Made by a program: the position numbers and the translations under genes. The notes under the pieces were generated by a model. The model ran no database searches, was not told the origin of the DNA, and was given only the letters and a program-made list of their open reading frames with translations. A stretch of 64,000 nucleotides of DNA from Lingula anatina. Lineage: Eukaryota; Animalia; Brachiopoda. The DNA lies in assembly GCA_051362555.1 (NCBI GenBank), contig CM120645.1, positions 8,618,001 through 8,682,000 of the forward strand. The letters are read 5' to 3'. Each line of letters starts with the position of its first letter. Within the stretch, counting starts at the first letter, position 1. Shown in pieces: positions 23,495 through 37,800 of the stretch.

Positions 23495-23596
23495 TTCTTA
23501 CTCAAAAAATAATGGACGGATTTTGATAGAATTTTTCAGGATAGGCCAGAAACGGGCTCGCTTAGAATCGACTAGATTTTGACGGCGATCCTGTAA
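23495..23596 (+). mobile_element. Internal fragment of a HINE/Helentron-associated non-autonomous repeat in the kinesin 3' UTR
   Basis: TGGACGGATTTTGATAGAATTTTTCAGGATAGG matches the reverse complement of 41890-41937. Confidence 0.45.
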
Positions 23597-23692
23597 TTAT
23601 TATTATTATAAGTAATAATGAGAATTGAGCTGTCTAGGCAGAAGTCTACTCTCTCTAAATTTTTTTCTAGTTCCTTTTAATCTCTTCTATCA

Positions 23693-24341
23693 CTAGTCAT
23701 CATCATCATCCTTTGGCATTCTCTTGGACACATTAGCCTTGGCTTGACCCAGAGCTATCTGCCTTGCATTGGAGCCAAACGTCAAAGTGCTTATTGTTTC
23801 AGTAATATTCCGAACATCGGGGCTGACGGCCACAAAGAGACAGGCCTTGGCATCGCCCCCAAGAGCTGGCTGAAGGATGTGTGTCAGCTTGGAATTCCTG
23901 TATGGTATATGCAGCTGGCTGGCACGCAGGGCACTGAACACCTGGAATGAGAATAAGGAACACTGGGTATAAAATTGTTGTAACGTTTTACTTGCAAAGT
24001 GCACCTCAAAGACCTGCTATAATCATATGGGTTTTTGTTAATTACCTGTACTTGAAGGCAATTTTCATTCTTATTTTGAATTATGTATAGAAACTATGAC
24101 ATATCTTAATTTTAGTTTACTTAATTTACAAACTCGTTTGTCCTTACTCTTAGTTTTTGCTGTTGTAAATTTAATTAAATTATTATAATCTTAATTTAAT
24201 TTAAAATTACTATATGTGAAATATTTTCATCACTACAACAAACTTAAGCATCATACATTTGATTATCTAGATGTTTAGAACATTGATGTTAAATTATCAT
24301 CTCTGCAGGCCTGTAAGTCAGGGGGAGGATGCCTTGCAAAA

Positions 24342-24384
<43 letters not shown>

Positions 24385-27300
24385 ATGCCCACCTGTCCAA
24401 GTGCAGTAAGAGACTTATTAATGGCAGCTGCTTCCACTAAGCGCTGTCCCTGAGCCTCTGTCTTCCCGACTCTTTCTGAGCCAGCGAGATCACACAACAT
24501 CAGACTTCCGCTGGAGTGGGTACCAGCTTTGCGGTTCATCCCTTCCACTGACAGCTTTAGAATTAGGTGAGACCGAGAGCTGGAGAAGAAATGTTGTGTC
24601 TGTCATTAGTGTTTTAAGTGAGAATACCCAGCAGAGTTGAATCCATCTAGCTAGTATGATGTGTCTATCTGAAATTTTTGTTGTGCAGCTGACCAAAGCT
24701 ATTGCTTGACAATGTGTTTAAAGAAAGTTTTCTACTATCTTTAGTGCTATATCAGCATTGAATAGCCCACTATTAAATCAGCACCCCATAGAAAAAAAGT
24801 CAAGTATTATTTCTTATTTAAACTACAACACAAGAAAATGAATTAGAATGCATAAAGGTCAGATATACTTTGAGACATCTCCACAATACATTTAAAGAAG
24901 AAAAAAAAAAATACCATGTCAGTTCTTATCCTAATGAAAATAAATTATAAATTCTGTTATTTGCTATTTTCACACCTCTGAGAGTTCATCTTAGTAGCAG
25001 CTGTAGTTCGGTTCTTATTTCCCAGTTCCATAACGCGCTGGATGTCCGCCATCGAGGTCACCTCGACCTCAGTCAGCCCAGGGATGACCACTTTGTTCCC
25101 TTTGCTCTGGACAGGTAGTGTCTTCACATCACTGGACAGCAAGTCCTGGACATTCTCATTGTAGATTTCTAGGAGTGATACCTGAATTTCATTTGAAAAA
25201 GAGACAAAATCTTGAAAACATCAGTAAAAGTTGTTTATATTTATTCAAAGAGAAAAAAATGCTTGAATTGGTTAGAAAAAAATTGTCTCTATCCATTTTA
25301 AAAGAAACAAACATCAAATGAATAAGACTGTTACATTCTTATTAAAAATGCAGAAGTATGAGGGTGACATTCTATGTAGTGTGATGAATTTTTTTCATTA
25401 TTAAAAAGTAAAATTTCCTTAAAATTTCTATTATTAGATATTTCTAAATGTCAGCTGCTGTTATAAATGTTCAATAAAGACACCACAGACCTTTAGAGTA
25501 TAGTCAGCTTTGTCACTCCTCTCTTTACAAATCTCTAGCAAAGCCTTTATTGATCTGAAGACAATGAAAATAGATATATAAGTCAGAAGTATAATTGCAT
25601 CACAAATACTTACAATACAATTTTAAGATCTATGATAACCAACCGTAATAATTATATAATTAAAAAATCCATTACACATTAAAATATTTCCCTTTAAAGT
25701 TTTTAGTACAAACTTCATAGATATTCTACAAGGCAATAAAGACCTGATATTGACTCCCGGGTCGTGTTCCGGTCCCATCATGGTGTGGGTCTTTCCCGAC
25801 CCTGTTTGCCCATATGCCAAAATGCACACATTGTACCCGTCAACACAGGAGTGGATGATTGGCAGCGTGTCTTCAAACACCTGAAACACAGTTTTGTCAT
25901 ATTATTTGTTGCAGTACATTTAATTTATATATTTTATATCATTTTCACATCAGATGACAAAGTATCCTGGACTGCTCCAGTTTTAGATATTGTGACTGAA
26001 AAGGGTCCTTTTTTGATGTATTTACTAAGCTCCTTCAACTTTTTTCATAACTGCTGGTACAAAAGCGCAGCTGTTAAAAAAAGTTTTCAGTACGTCTGTT
26101 AAATTGAGAGGGAAGATACCTCAGTTTGCTTGGAGCTGGGGGAGTACACCTTGTCAAAGCTAAAAATCTTTTTCTGCTGTGTTGCTGGATTGAATGTTGC
26201 AATGTCCGAATCTGAAGGAAACTCTAAGGAGCACTCCACTCTGTTGTCATAGCGACATCTGGCAAAGACGCGGATGTTGCCCCTCAATTCTTGTAACTGA
26301 AAAATGTTGAGTAAGGGTTTTAAGAAAATTACGACTGGAATTATAATAATCCTGTTGTGCATTCTGAAATTGTTATTATTGGAGTTATATGTGAAATTAA
26401 GTATCATTCTCCATTATGAGAGAAACTAAAACATCACAAACTGGAACTCAAATCAGGTAAATAGATATTAAGTGTTTTGTCAGTGGTCTTGCACATGGGG
26501 CATTCTAGTGATTTGGGTTAAAGCAATGAAATTTCCAGGAAATTAATTGTTTTTGCGGAATAAATGTTCGATACTCAGTGTGTGTCTCTTTAAGTGAGCC
26601 TCAAGTTATCACTGTACATCTGGTTTCACATAAAAAACAAGCTCGTACAACATTCACCTTGTTATACAACAACTTTCTTTCCAGCGCTTCTTTCCTGTAA
26701 AGTTCCCTGAGATCTTCGATTTCTCTGGATTGTCCACTGTCACAGCTCCTGATTTCACGCATCCCTTTTATGGCCTGAAATGCCAAGTTGAAATATCACA
26801 TTGAACACATATATTATGATCATTACAACTGAACATTATCATGTCATGTCATGCAGTGTCATGTCATTTCTATAACTGAATATTAACTCTAGTTATAACA
26901 TTTACTGTTATAAAGAGCTGTAGATTTCAAAAGATAAAATAACAAATTTAAAGGACTATTATGATTATTTTAATGTCCAAGTGGCATGGTATACAAAACT
27001 TTTATTTTGTTTCATTTGTTGCAACCAAGGTATGGAGTTATTAGCTATAAATCACTAATAGTTCTGAGTTGTAGAAGTACTAGTAGTAGAGCAAGCAGGT
27101 TGTCTGTCAGAAGCCCAGCAGGGCTCAATCTACATATTCAATTGTAAAAATGTAATTGTCTCTAAAGATGGAAACACACATGCGTGTGATGATGTGACAG
27201 CAGTGAGTGAAAGATTAAAGCTGCCCTATACATGACAAAAAATGGACAAAAAAACTAGCTGCATAAATATCAAATTTAAAATGACCACAGATTAAACACT

Positions 27301-28827
27301 TATCCTTATAGGGTCATTACAGTTCAAGTCTCACCTTCTTCATGAGGTCTGATATCTCCCCCACATGCTTCTTGACTGCCATCTTGAGCTGAATATGGGA
27401 CTTGTGCAAGTTTTTGGCTGATTCGCTCAGTGCCCTGGCTGTCTTAGGATCAACAGAACTCTTCTCCACAGTTACGACCTGGTATGTCAATGGACAAACA
27501 ACATGGTAATTACTTGATTTTTTTGAATGGGGAAAATTGTGAATTTAAAATTCTTCAAACATCCATTCTTAAAATTAGAACCTTCCTACTGAGTGGTAGA
27601 AATGAAACTGAAAAGCAGGCTACCTAATAGTTCTGCATTTGACAGGAAAAGTACCAAGATCCTACAAAGATTTATATTTTTTGATGTTTTTATAATTTTG
27701 TATTTCTGAAAAATTGTCTGAGTGGTAGCAACAACACTGAAAAGCAGGCTACCTACATGTAATAGTTCTATTCTATACAGAAAAAGTACCACAAATGCTG
27801 CACAGATATAATGTTTTTTAAGTTAAGAAATCATATAGCTGAAAAATGTATAATTTTTCCCCATTGATAAGACTGAGTCATTACCATACATATCAATATC
27901 AGACAGAAATTTCTAATTTTTGAAAATATAGACCTTTTTTGCTCCTTAGTTAACCAAACTAACTCCTGAAGAAAGTTATCAACTGAAATTTTTCCTAACC
28001 TTTGCTGTCTTGGGTCTGGCTTCTTGCAGTGCTGTGAGACGCACATTGGTACTCTTGTTTTCTGCCTCAAGTGTCGACACTCTGTCTTCTAATGATACAA
28101 CCTGCAAAAAACACAAGCAGTGTTATTAATATAGAAATAGCTTATTACTGTAATATATGTCAATATGGAAATTGTAAAAGTAGTATAATATTTGTAGCTA
28201 AGTAGAACAACAAGATATTGTTTTATTTTATAAAAATGTCCTTTATTATGAGTTCCGACCTGAAAATGCACATATTAAATGTACTGGCAGTTACCTTTTG
28301 ATTGCTTTTCTTGAGATCTTCCTTGCTGTTTGCAAGTTGCTGTTCCTGTAAGAAGAATCAAGTTGTTTTTAGACGATGTATAAAAAAAAATTAACATCAC
28401 TGTAACTCACTTTCATTGCCATCATGTTATAAAAGGTATTACTGGGAATTCTGGAGCATAACTTAATGGTTTATCTTAAATTTGTTTTTAAAATGGAGGC
28501 GACTGCATATAAAGAGTCAATTACATGTAACCTCCTTGAGTGTACAATTTTTGTGTGCCAAGTATTGTGATTGATGCACTGATACAAAGAAACATATGTC
28601 CAGGTAACAGAGAGCGCTAAAGAATCCAAGGTAGACCACTACATGTACAAGGACTGTTATCACGTTTACCAAGCTCTTGATAGTTTTTTTCAATTTTTCT
28701 ATTTCTTTGTCCTTTTGTTCCATCGAGTTTGCATCAGCTGCACTGTTTTTTGTCCGTACAATTCCTGTAAATTATGGCAACATCAAAGACCTTAGTTCAA
28801 TGGGAAAATCTCAGTACCAAGTATTGC

Positions 28828-28876
<49 letters not shown>

Positions 28877-31800
28877 CTTTACATCTTTAATAGTACATGA
28901 TTTTTATTCTTAAATTTATTGAACTTAAACAATTTAGGTCATAGCTTTTGTTATTTGAACTTAAACAATTTAGGTCATAGCTTTTGTTATTAACAAATGT
29001 GCTTGAACTAAAAAACATTATAATTTAACTCAAGGATGTACTTTTTCTATTATGTGTACACCAAAAGCTTACCCTTCAGCCATGGGTCTGTCACTGAAAA
29101 TAAAAAAATGAAAACTTTTTAAATGTAATGGTTGAAAAATGTAAGAGAAATGAACTTTAAGCTAATCATCATCACATTGATTTAAGAATAAAATCAAGAT
29201 GGCAAGCTACTGAGTCTTAACCAACTTTAAAAATTAATTTAGAGGAAATCTAAAAAAAAAAAGAAAAAAAAAAAAAACTCAAATCTCAATCTTCAAACAG
29301 TTCATTATAAGTGATTTCTACAATGACATCATTATTTTGAGAACGATAAAAGGTTTCACTTATGTATGTTTGATAACAAGATGGCCACCTCACCTGGATC
29401 TCCAATATTGAAATACGTCGATATGCACTCATGTGGGTCATAGTTTGATGCTCTAAGTGACGCTAAGATGTCATGACTATTTGTCCAGTCTGGGATTGTC
29501 TCCTGTCATATAAAATGTCACAGTTTGTTATAATATGTCATATATACTGCAGACTTTAACATTAACAGACTTAACTGTCATTCAAAGATAATAAATAAGG
29601 ATATGTCTTATTTTAAATAAACATTACCAAGCATTTACTGATCTTAAACTTTCTTTGGACCATGTCAAATATTCTCCAACAAATTTTGAAGAGATGAACT
29701 ATGATCAAATAGTGCAAAATCAAAATTAAGGACACAAAGAGAAAATCAAATCATATTGTTCTTAATGCTATCAATCAACAGTAAACTATAGTTTTTTAAA
29801 CTTAAATATGACAACTCCCCCCTCCCCCAGAAAATATTCAGCTTTTTAGCAAACATTTACCATTCTGTTAACTTTTTTATTTACAGGAGTATATCCCTGA
29901 GAAAACCCTGCATACATGTACCAGAACTTGGCGATAAGGGGATAAAACACTACCATTACAAATATAGCAGTACTACCAGAACTGGAATAAAAAATGTACC
30001 TGAATGATATCCATGAAGTCTTTGATAACATCAGAGTGGATTTCATATCCAATGGGCAGTTTGATCCACTGACCAGTGTCATTGTCAAAGTAACAGTGGA
30101 CATTGACACGTTCCTGGAAGAAAAAGATTTGTCTCAATATGTCACCCTTTGGTGAATCATGTGCTGTGTAAAGTATAGTCCAAATCTTGGACCAGATTTC
30201 TTAAGTCATGCTACAATATCTTAGCATTAATTAGGAAAGAATAAGTTTGCTCATTACAAAGTAAACAAATCAGATGTGCTGTAAAAAAATCAATTTCATT
30301 CAAAAATTAAAAATATAACATCTGCTTAATTTATTATTAACTTTCCAATACAGACTATGAACACCTTTCAGGCAACAGTCACCTTGCATGCCATAGGTTA
30401 CTGGAGAATAAATTCTGTTATCAACATGCACAGGTTAGCTTTTTGTATTATCTGTTAAACTCAGGGTTGCATCAGTGAACCCAGAATATTTTCAATTGGT
30501 ACATTTTTGAATTTCAAAAAGCTTTTATCTCTGTATTGTTGAATAAGCAGTGTGGCCTTAAAGAACTATTTATTTTTATTATTACAACCATAAATTATTA
30601 TTTTTATTATTATAATTCTCATAAATACAAAACCAGACTCGAAAACTGTATAAAATGGTTCACATTAATAACATCCTATTTTATTACCTCAAAGAGATAC
30701 GTGGCCACTCTTCCCTTTAAAGGATGGTCAAGATGCCCTTCGCGGTCATCTCTGGGCCGTTCCCTTCTGCTGGGTCTGGCCTCACTGGCGGCGCCACCAT
30801 GGGCAGCACCTGTGCCACTGGTGACGGTGTTGTGGGAGAGAGGTGGGGTTGCAGATGCAGATGCTGCCTGAGAGCTAGAGTCCTGAAATTACAAAAAACT
30901 TGGTCAGTCAGATAATCTACAATAAATGCGAAATAACAATGGACTTATTAAACTGCTTTCATTTTATGTAAATCCTTTCACTGGATTAGTTTTTTTCCTT
31001 GAGAAGGTAAATACTCAATAAAATAAAATAAAGTGAATCTGATAATTTTCATCCAAAGTTAATATCACTAGATTTCATTCATATTCAAGAAATAAATATT
31101 CAATGAGAATCAACTGCTGGATTACAAAGAAAACAAAACCTTAAATTGATCTATTGCTGACATTATCCTTCATCACTAATAGAAACAATAACCGGCATGT
31201 ATATTTGGGATATGTATTTGATCATTTAACAGATAAAATGCTCATGATGTGTATGTTTTTCATTTTCAAAACTCACTGTTTCTCCTTGAATGACATTTTC
31301 CACAGTTATGTGTCCTTCATTGTACCACTGTACTGGGAAAGGCTGCCATTGCTGGAAGAAAAAAAAAGGATTTTTATTATTTACAATAAATATCTTACAT
31401 ACATTTAACAGAATTGGATGTGAAAATGTACAATTGAACATCTTATCTTTTCACCTGCCCAGTGTATTAATAATATCATGATATAATAATAACATCTTAT
31501 GACAACTATTCAGCTTTTTCATTACAGCCAAGATAGATAGATGTTATTACATGTACCAGTATTTCCAGCCCAACTTTGTATAAATGAGCTCTCCATTGAT
31601 AATTTCCTTCACCCACGACAAATGTTTGTACATCCACTACAAATATTATGAGGTATAGAAAGTTTCATTTCTGGACAAGGATAGATATTTGTTGCATAAA
31701 ACCAATAACTGAAGATATTACACTTCCCTGTACTGGGTTCTTTAATATACCACCGGGTATAAAATTACTTCTAAGGGCTCTAACGCAAACGTGAAGTTCC

Positions 31801-34800
31801 AAGGTTCGGTACACGATTCCCGACTTGAGTTATGCTCAGAGAGAATATCAACGCAACACCACTGTTTCGTTACAAAATCACAAACTGACTTTTATTTGGC
31901 TTCGTAGCCTTCTTTATACTTCAAACCGGCGTGCCAGACCTTTAAGTTTACGAGTTTAAAGATAAGAAGAGCGTCTAAAGATAAGAGTGATTACTGCGAT
32001 AGGGTAGAGGGAAAGAGCGTCTAAAGACGTGTAGTGTTCACAAATATAATTCCCAGTCATGTAAATTAATTTGATTAGAGTCGATTGCTTGTGCACTCGA
32101 CTCGTTTTATGGCCTTACCCGTAGTTATGTAACTTAAGTGGACGTGTGCAATTTGAATAATTAAAATTAGTATGTACCGCCAAATACTGCAGCACAGAAT
32201 CCACCTATAGATAAGAAATACGTATAAAAAGATGTCTAGAATTAAGATCGTGGAGAGAGACTGAAGAATACTCGAAGGAGACCGCTCGACGGAGCTATGG
32301 GAGAGGGCCTAGAGCTTGGAGGCTTCACGTATAGAACATGTAGTTAGAGATCGTCAACCAATAAACCATTAAACTGGTCATTATGTGGACTTGGGTTTTC
32401 TTTGCGCGACCTCACGTAAATATGACACGAACCGTGGAATTTTGAAATGCGTTATCCACTGAGTAAGTCTAAAACGAAATGTCCTATTTCGAGCCCACGC
32501 TTGAATTAAGCGTACAAAATTATATAAGTTTAGGACATTCATCTCATATGTATATGTAAAGGTACATAACATCCCGAAGGGACTGCATCATATCCTGTAT
32601 AATAAATGTGTTAGATAATCAGTTCATCAATTCATGAAGTACTTATTTTCCTGGGTATTGTAAATATGCTTGCCTGTATTAAGTTACATGTCAATGTGTT
32701 CCATGCTACTATTTGTCCTCTTGTAATACCAAATTCAAGTGCAAGAATCCTATTGTTTATTACAGTGCCAGTCACTGAATCGATCTGCTACAAGGATTCA
32801 TCACCCTTTTTGTATGTGATACATAGGCGTGCTATTGCCTTGGCTATGGTTTGATAATTACGCTCCTATTTATTGCATACAGTTGGCGAATCATTTGTCA
32901 ATGTATTAAAGTGACAGCTATTTCAGAGAAAGAGTCTGAGGAGGTTTCTGATACAAATATGGGACAAGCTTCTATATCTCTTAAATGTATTGGAGTGGAC
33001 GGACCCTCTTTAGGATATAATTCTTTTTTTTTATTAGATAATAAAATTATTTTGGTCAAATCTAAGTTTTGAGCTTAATCAGAGAAAGTTTGGTGAAAAA
33101 AAAGTTTTTTTCATTTTTATAAGCCAAATACGTGGAAGATAAGCATTTGGCTCAAATTTATCAAGTTTGATTGGCGCAGACTGGTTTCATGAGGAGACTT
33201 GTCAGACAATTAAGCTGATTCCTCTGCTTGCATTTAGTGAGAATCCCTGCAGAGTTGGGTCGATCCATATAGTCCAATGGTGTCTATGGGAATGGGGTCT
33301 AAAATCTATTGTACATATTTTTGTCCTGCAGTAATTTTAGAATAATACCTGAAAACATGATTGTATTATCAAACTGAGTAGACTCTACGAGTACAGATAC
33401 TACAACTAAGCCACTAGCATACCATCAAATGCTTGGAAAGAATTGGAAGGACATGTATATAAATAATATATACTGGCTCTATGTATATATACGTATTATG
33501 TATTCTTGAGATATGTAGCTGTCATAAAATGGTGGCAAGATGTTTAAATTGTGTGCTATTGCGATGAAGTGGTATTGATTATGGCTCTAAAATCAATTCA
33601 AGTTTCTTCACAGGCCATGCTTTATGTATATCTCGTATCCACTGATTGAACAGAGAACTTTGGTCTATATAGGACTTAAACTAGTACCATGATTCCAGTA
33701 TACAACACCTGAAAAATGATTTGTTTTATAGTCTAACTCAGCCTGCCCTCACAATTAAAACTAAAAATAAAAACATAGGCAATCCCTGTAACTGTTAAGG
33801 CAGAAGGATTTTAAAAATACATATAAATATAAATAAATGCTATTGGAGTTTGAAAGTCACATGGGAGATCATAAGATGCACAGGGATATGTCTGAAATTA
33901 TGACAGTAATGACTGAATGTAAGTACAACTGAAGCCATTGACCATGGCCAATTCCTGACCAATGGTCCAGTTTTCGGCCAATAGGTTCTTAATTAGACCC
34001 TCCGGTCTGCCCAGTGGACTCTATATAGTGACTGTAGGTTTAAAATATATCTGCACAGTGAGACACTATATAGCTGAAAAGTCTGCTGAAAATGTTTCTT
34101 TTATGACTTGCACCCCTACACCCCAATATATTGCCCTTGGAAGTCAAAACAAATCTATTCTATTGTTAAGTCACCTCCCACCACTGTAGCTGTATACTTA
34201 TCCGCTATCAATAAACCCAGTGACACAGGGGTCACCAGATACAAGCAACCTGATCAATTAAAATCAATCAAAGTCATGGTCTTAAAAGAGTTGGGCATTT
34301 GTTTGCTATGATACAATGCAAATGTTTTGCAGGAAACAACCAAGTTTTTTTTTCTTTGAGCATCCTCCACTAGAAGTTTAGATTTTTTCCTGAGTATTTA
34401 AAATGAAAACCAATATCTGGTACAAAGGATGATATAAAAATCAATTTGTTTCTAGGCTTGTCTGGTGTTATAGGCAACATTTTAATTAATTGTAAAGAAC
34501 ACAGAAAATATTTTTAATCCGTCTATGGAAATGAAAAAAATATTTTGAAGATGGCTATGGAAACGTAAAGCCAAAACGACAAATTTACAAGGCCCAAACT
34601 AATTTAGCTAAGAGCAAAATATGAATTGCTTTTGTTATTTTTTGTCATTTCATAATTTAGATGGTAAAGATTAGCAACTGGTTTACTATGCTATAATAAC
34701 ACTTGTTCATCATGAAGAATTATTTGTCTACACAATTTTATTTGTGTTTTTTCTTTTCCCTCCTTCCTTCTTTCTTTTTTTTTTTTTAATCCTAAAATTT

Positions 34801-37800
34801 TCAAGTGTAAGACCTGTTATAAGACCTTCATGCACCTTATTTACTCAAGTCTTATCTATGTATTCAAATTAATTAAACTGATATATCAATTACTATATTT
34901 AATTTATTATCAATATGTATGCTAATACATCGAGCACTAGGTACTTGTCTAAAAACAAATTCAAACCCCACACCCCCAATATTTCTATTGATCTGAATAT
35001 GCCCACTCTTTTCAATCAATTCATAATAATGATGAAATTGCATAATAGTACATGTACACCAAACTGCTGTTTGTTATTGTTCAGGGCAAAAGAGAAAGAA
35101 ATTACAGTATGTTAAGTTGAGATGTATGATGGTTATTATTTTGAGATTTGAATTTATCATTTATATAGTTTTTAATAGAAACCAGTAAGACCAAAAATTA
35201 TGTGCAGCAGCTGGTATAAAATATATAAATTTGATTAAAATTATGACAATTACTCCTAAATTTTCAATAAAAATAATAAACCATTTTCAGAAAACAATAA
35301 TTTTGAAGTTTTGAGGGGAGAATTTGGTTCAAGTCAGCAAAATGTTCTTGTAAGCTTCTCAAAATCATTGATCTTGAAATATATAGTAATGATATGTTTG
35401 TGGAGTATGACTTGAAGAACAGACCTTCCCTTGTTTTCCGATACAATTTATTTACCACACATAATAGCTGTAGTGTTACTGCATGATTATCAGCTCTGTC
35501 TCTGATTACTTAGTTTGCCTATCTTTAGAAAAATATTTACTCAACACTGACTAGGGCCCATGAAACTGTTTGACAGGTCTTAGCTGAACAGTAGCCATAG
35601 TATTGATGGATATACTTGTAATACAAGCTGAACTCTCCTAATTGTAGACCTTAGACTGAGTTTCACAGCCCTTTAGCCAGCGATTAAAGGGGAGGGGGTA
35701 TTTTTTTTTGAAAAAGTGGACCTTTTATTAGAAACTGTGGTGTTCCTAGATCAAATTGTACCCAGAGCAGACCTTTTCCTAGCAAAAAAAGAAGTTTGTT
35801 TGAACTCCCCCCTCTCCAGCTCCAGGCCTGGTTACAGTGAAAATAAAACATATTTTTCAAACTCCCGATCAATGCATCCGTGCTGTTGAAAAAGAAATGT
35901 CACAAAAATAGAGGTGATCAACTTATTGGGTAAATAATTCTTGGATTGATTTTTTTTCCATTGTGTTAACTCAACAGACAAAGGGAATGACAAAAAGCTT
36001 AAGTGCAGGTTAGAACCTGTTTTCTCCTTGCTTGACGAGAAAGATCTATACAGAAAAAATTGTGAAGAACTCAATTTTTACTCCAGCAACATCTGTTTTT
36101 ATATGCAATATATAAAGAAAATTACTAGTATAATATGAAGTATGTTACAGTAATTTCTAGAAGTACATACTGTGCATGGACAGATTAATGGGTAATGGAT
36201 GGACAGACATGCAGGCATACGGGAGTTAGCTATTAGATGGAGCTTTTGACAACTTTGGAACTCTGGGCCAGAAAAATTTGTCAGAGTAATGCAACGATTT
36301 GAGACAGGCAACATTTGTGCTGTTTACACTATAATGAAAAAATAATGATACAGTACAATGGTCCACAAAATAAATTCAAGATAATTTTAGTTATAAGGTG
36401 CTGGCTATTTCAGAGTCTATTATAGATCTATAAACTACTAGACAGACAAATATTCTCACACATACTTACCTGTGTTTGCCAGGAATCCAGATAAAATCTT
36501 AATCCTCCCTGCACCAGACACTGAAACTCCTGGCCACTGGCATGGTGGAATGTCTCAAACACTAGGTCATCATTGTTCTGAAATCAAATTTAAAATATCA
36601 TTAAAATTTAAACAGGAAATCTTTTTTTTTTCAAATTTTATTGAAAATGTTTTTTTAAACTTTAAACTGAAGTGAAGGTATTTTTTTTTCTGAGGAAACG
36701 ATTGCTCAACTAAAGCAAATCCAGAAAGGGCGTACATGTAGTCCCTTGGCCTTGGAGGTCCCCCCTCCCCAAAATATAATAAATAAAAAAATAGAAAAAA
36801 TGACAACAAGTGAATAAGATATAACTTAGCAATTTTTTCCTTCATTTTCCCTATATATTACAGTGAAATTGTCACCATGTACTATTTGTTTTGCTAGTCA
36901 AAATTCTTTTTCATTGCCCCCTCCCCCCTTTCCCCCTTAGCTAGACCAAGTCCAGTCATCACAGGAATGAGTCCTAGACATTCTGTCCACTCACAGTGGT
37001 AAAATGCTCAGGATTTTGGGCTGCCCTCACAACATCATGCAAGTCATAGTTGTTCTCTCGCCCGGCCGCACGCACAGCTGCCTGGCTCCAAAGATTGGCC
37101 TGCGGAGAACCCAAGGTCACATGGTCGTCAGCTTGTTGAAGCTGACGCTCTTGGAAGCCCTGTTCAAAATTTTAGAATAATTTATTAATAAAAAATAAAT
37201 GAATAAGTATAATAATAATTATAATAAAATGAAAATAGTAATAATACAAAAACAGAGAGGTGTTTATCACTGTCAATGTAAAATGAGTAAAACTTGGGTC
37301 ATTGGTTATGAAACAATTAAATAAATATCATATACTGTGGGTTAAATGATAATTCCCATCCACAGAATTATAAAAAATAACAATAATAAAAATGACAACA
37401 ACAATAATAATAATAATAATAAGTGCAGCACTGGTATTTCAATTAATATTTGTAATGATAACAATAATACTTTCTTTTCCAGGCATCATTGAAATGTGTG
37501 CAAATATATACCCTGCTGCTATGATATTTTAATACAGTGACAGTAACCAATATACTGACATATACTGCAATGTTATAATAGCACAGATACTGTACATACT
37601 AGTGGTATACAAAGCTTGACTTCTTAGAAACAAAGTTATTTCTTATTAATTAAGTGCTGCTTATGTGACTAGCTATGGTATGTTGAGTCTTGACCATTTA
37701 GTAACCACTAATTACTTTATTTTAAAACTTAAAGCACTTGTCAAAATCAAATGTAGTTACTGAAGAATTTGTTTCAAAAAAAAAAAAAAAAAAAAAAAGA

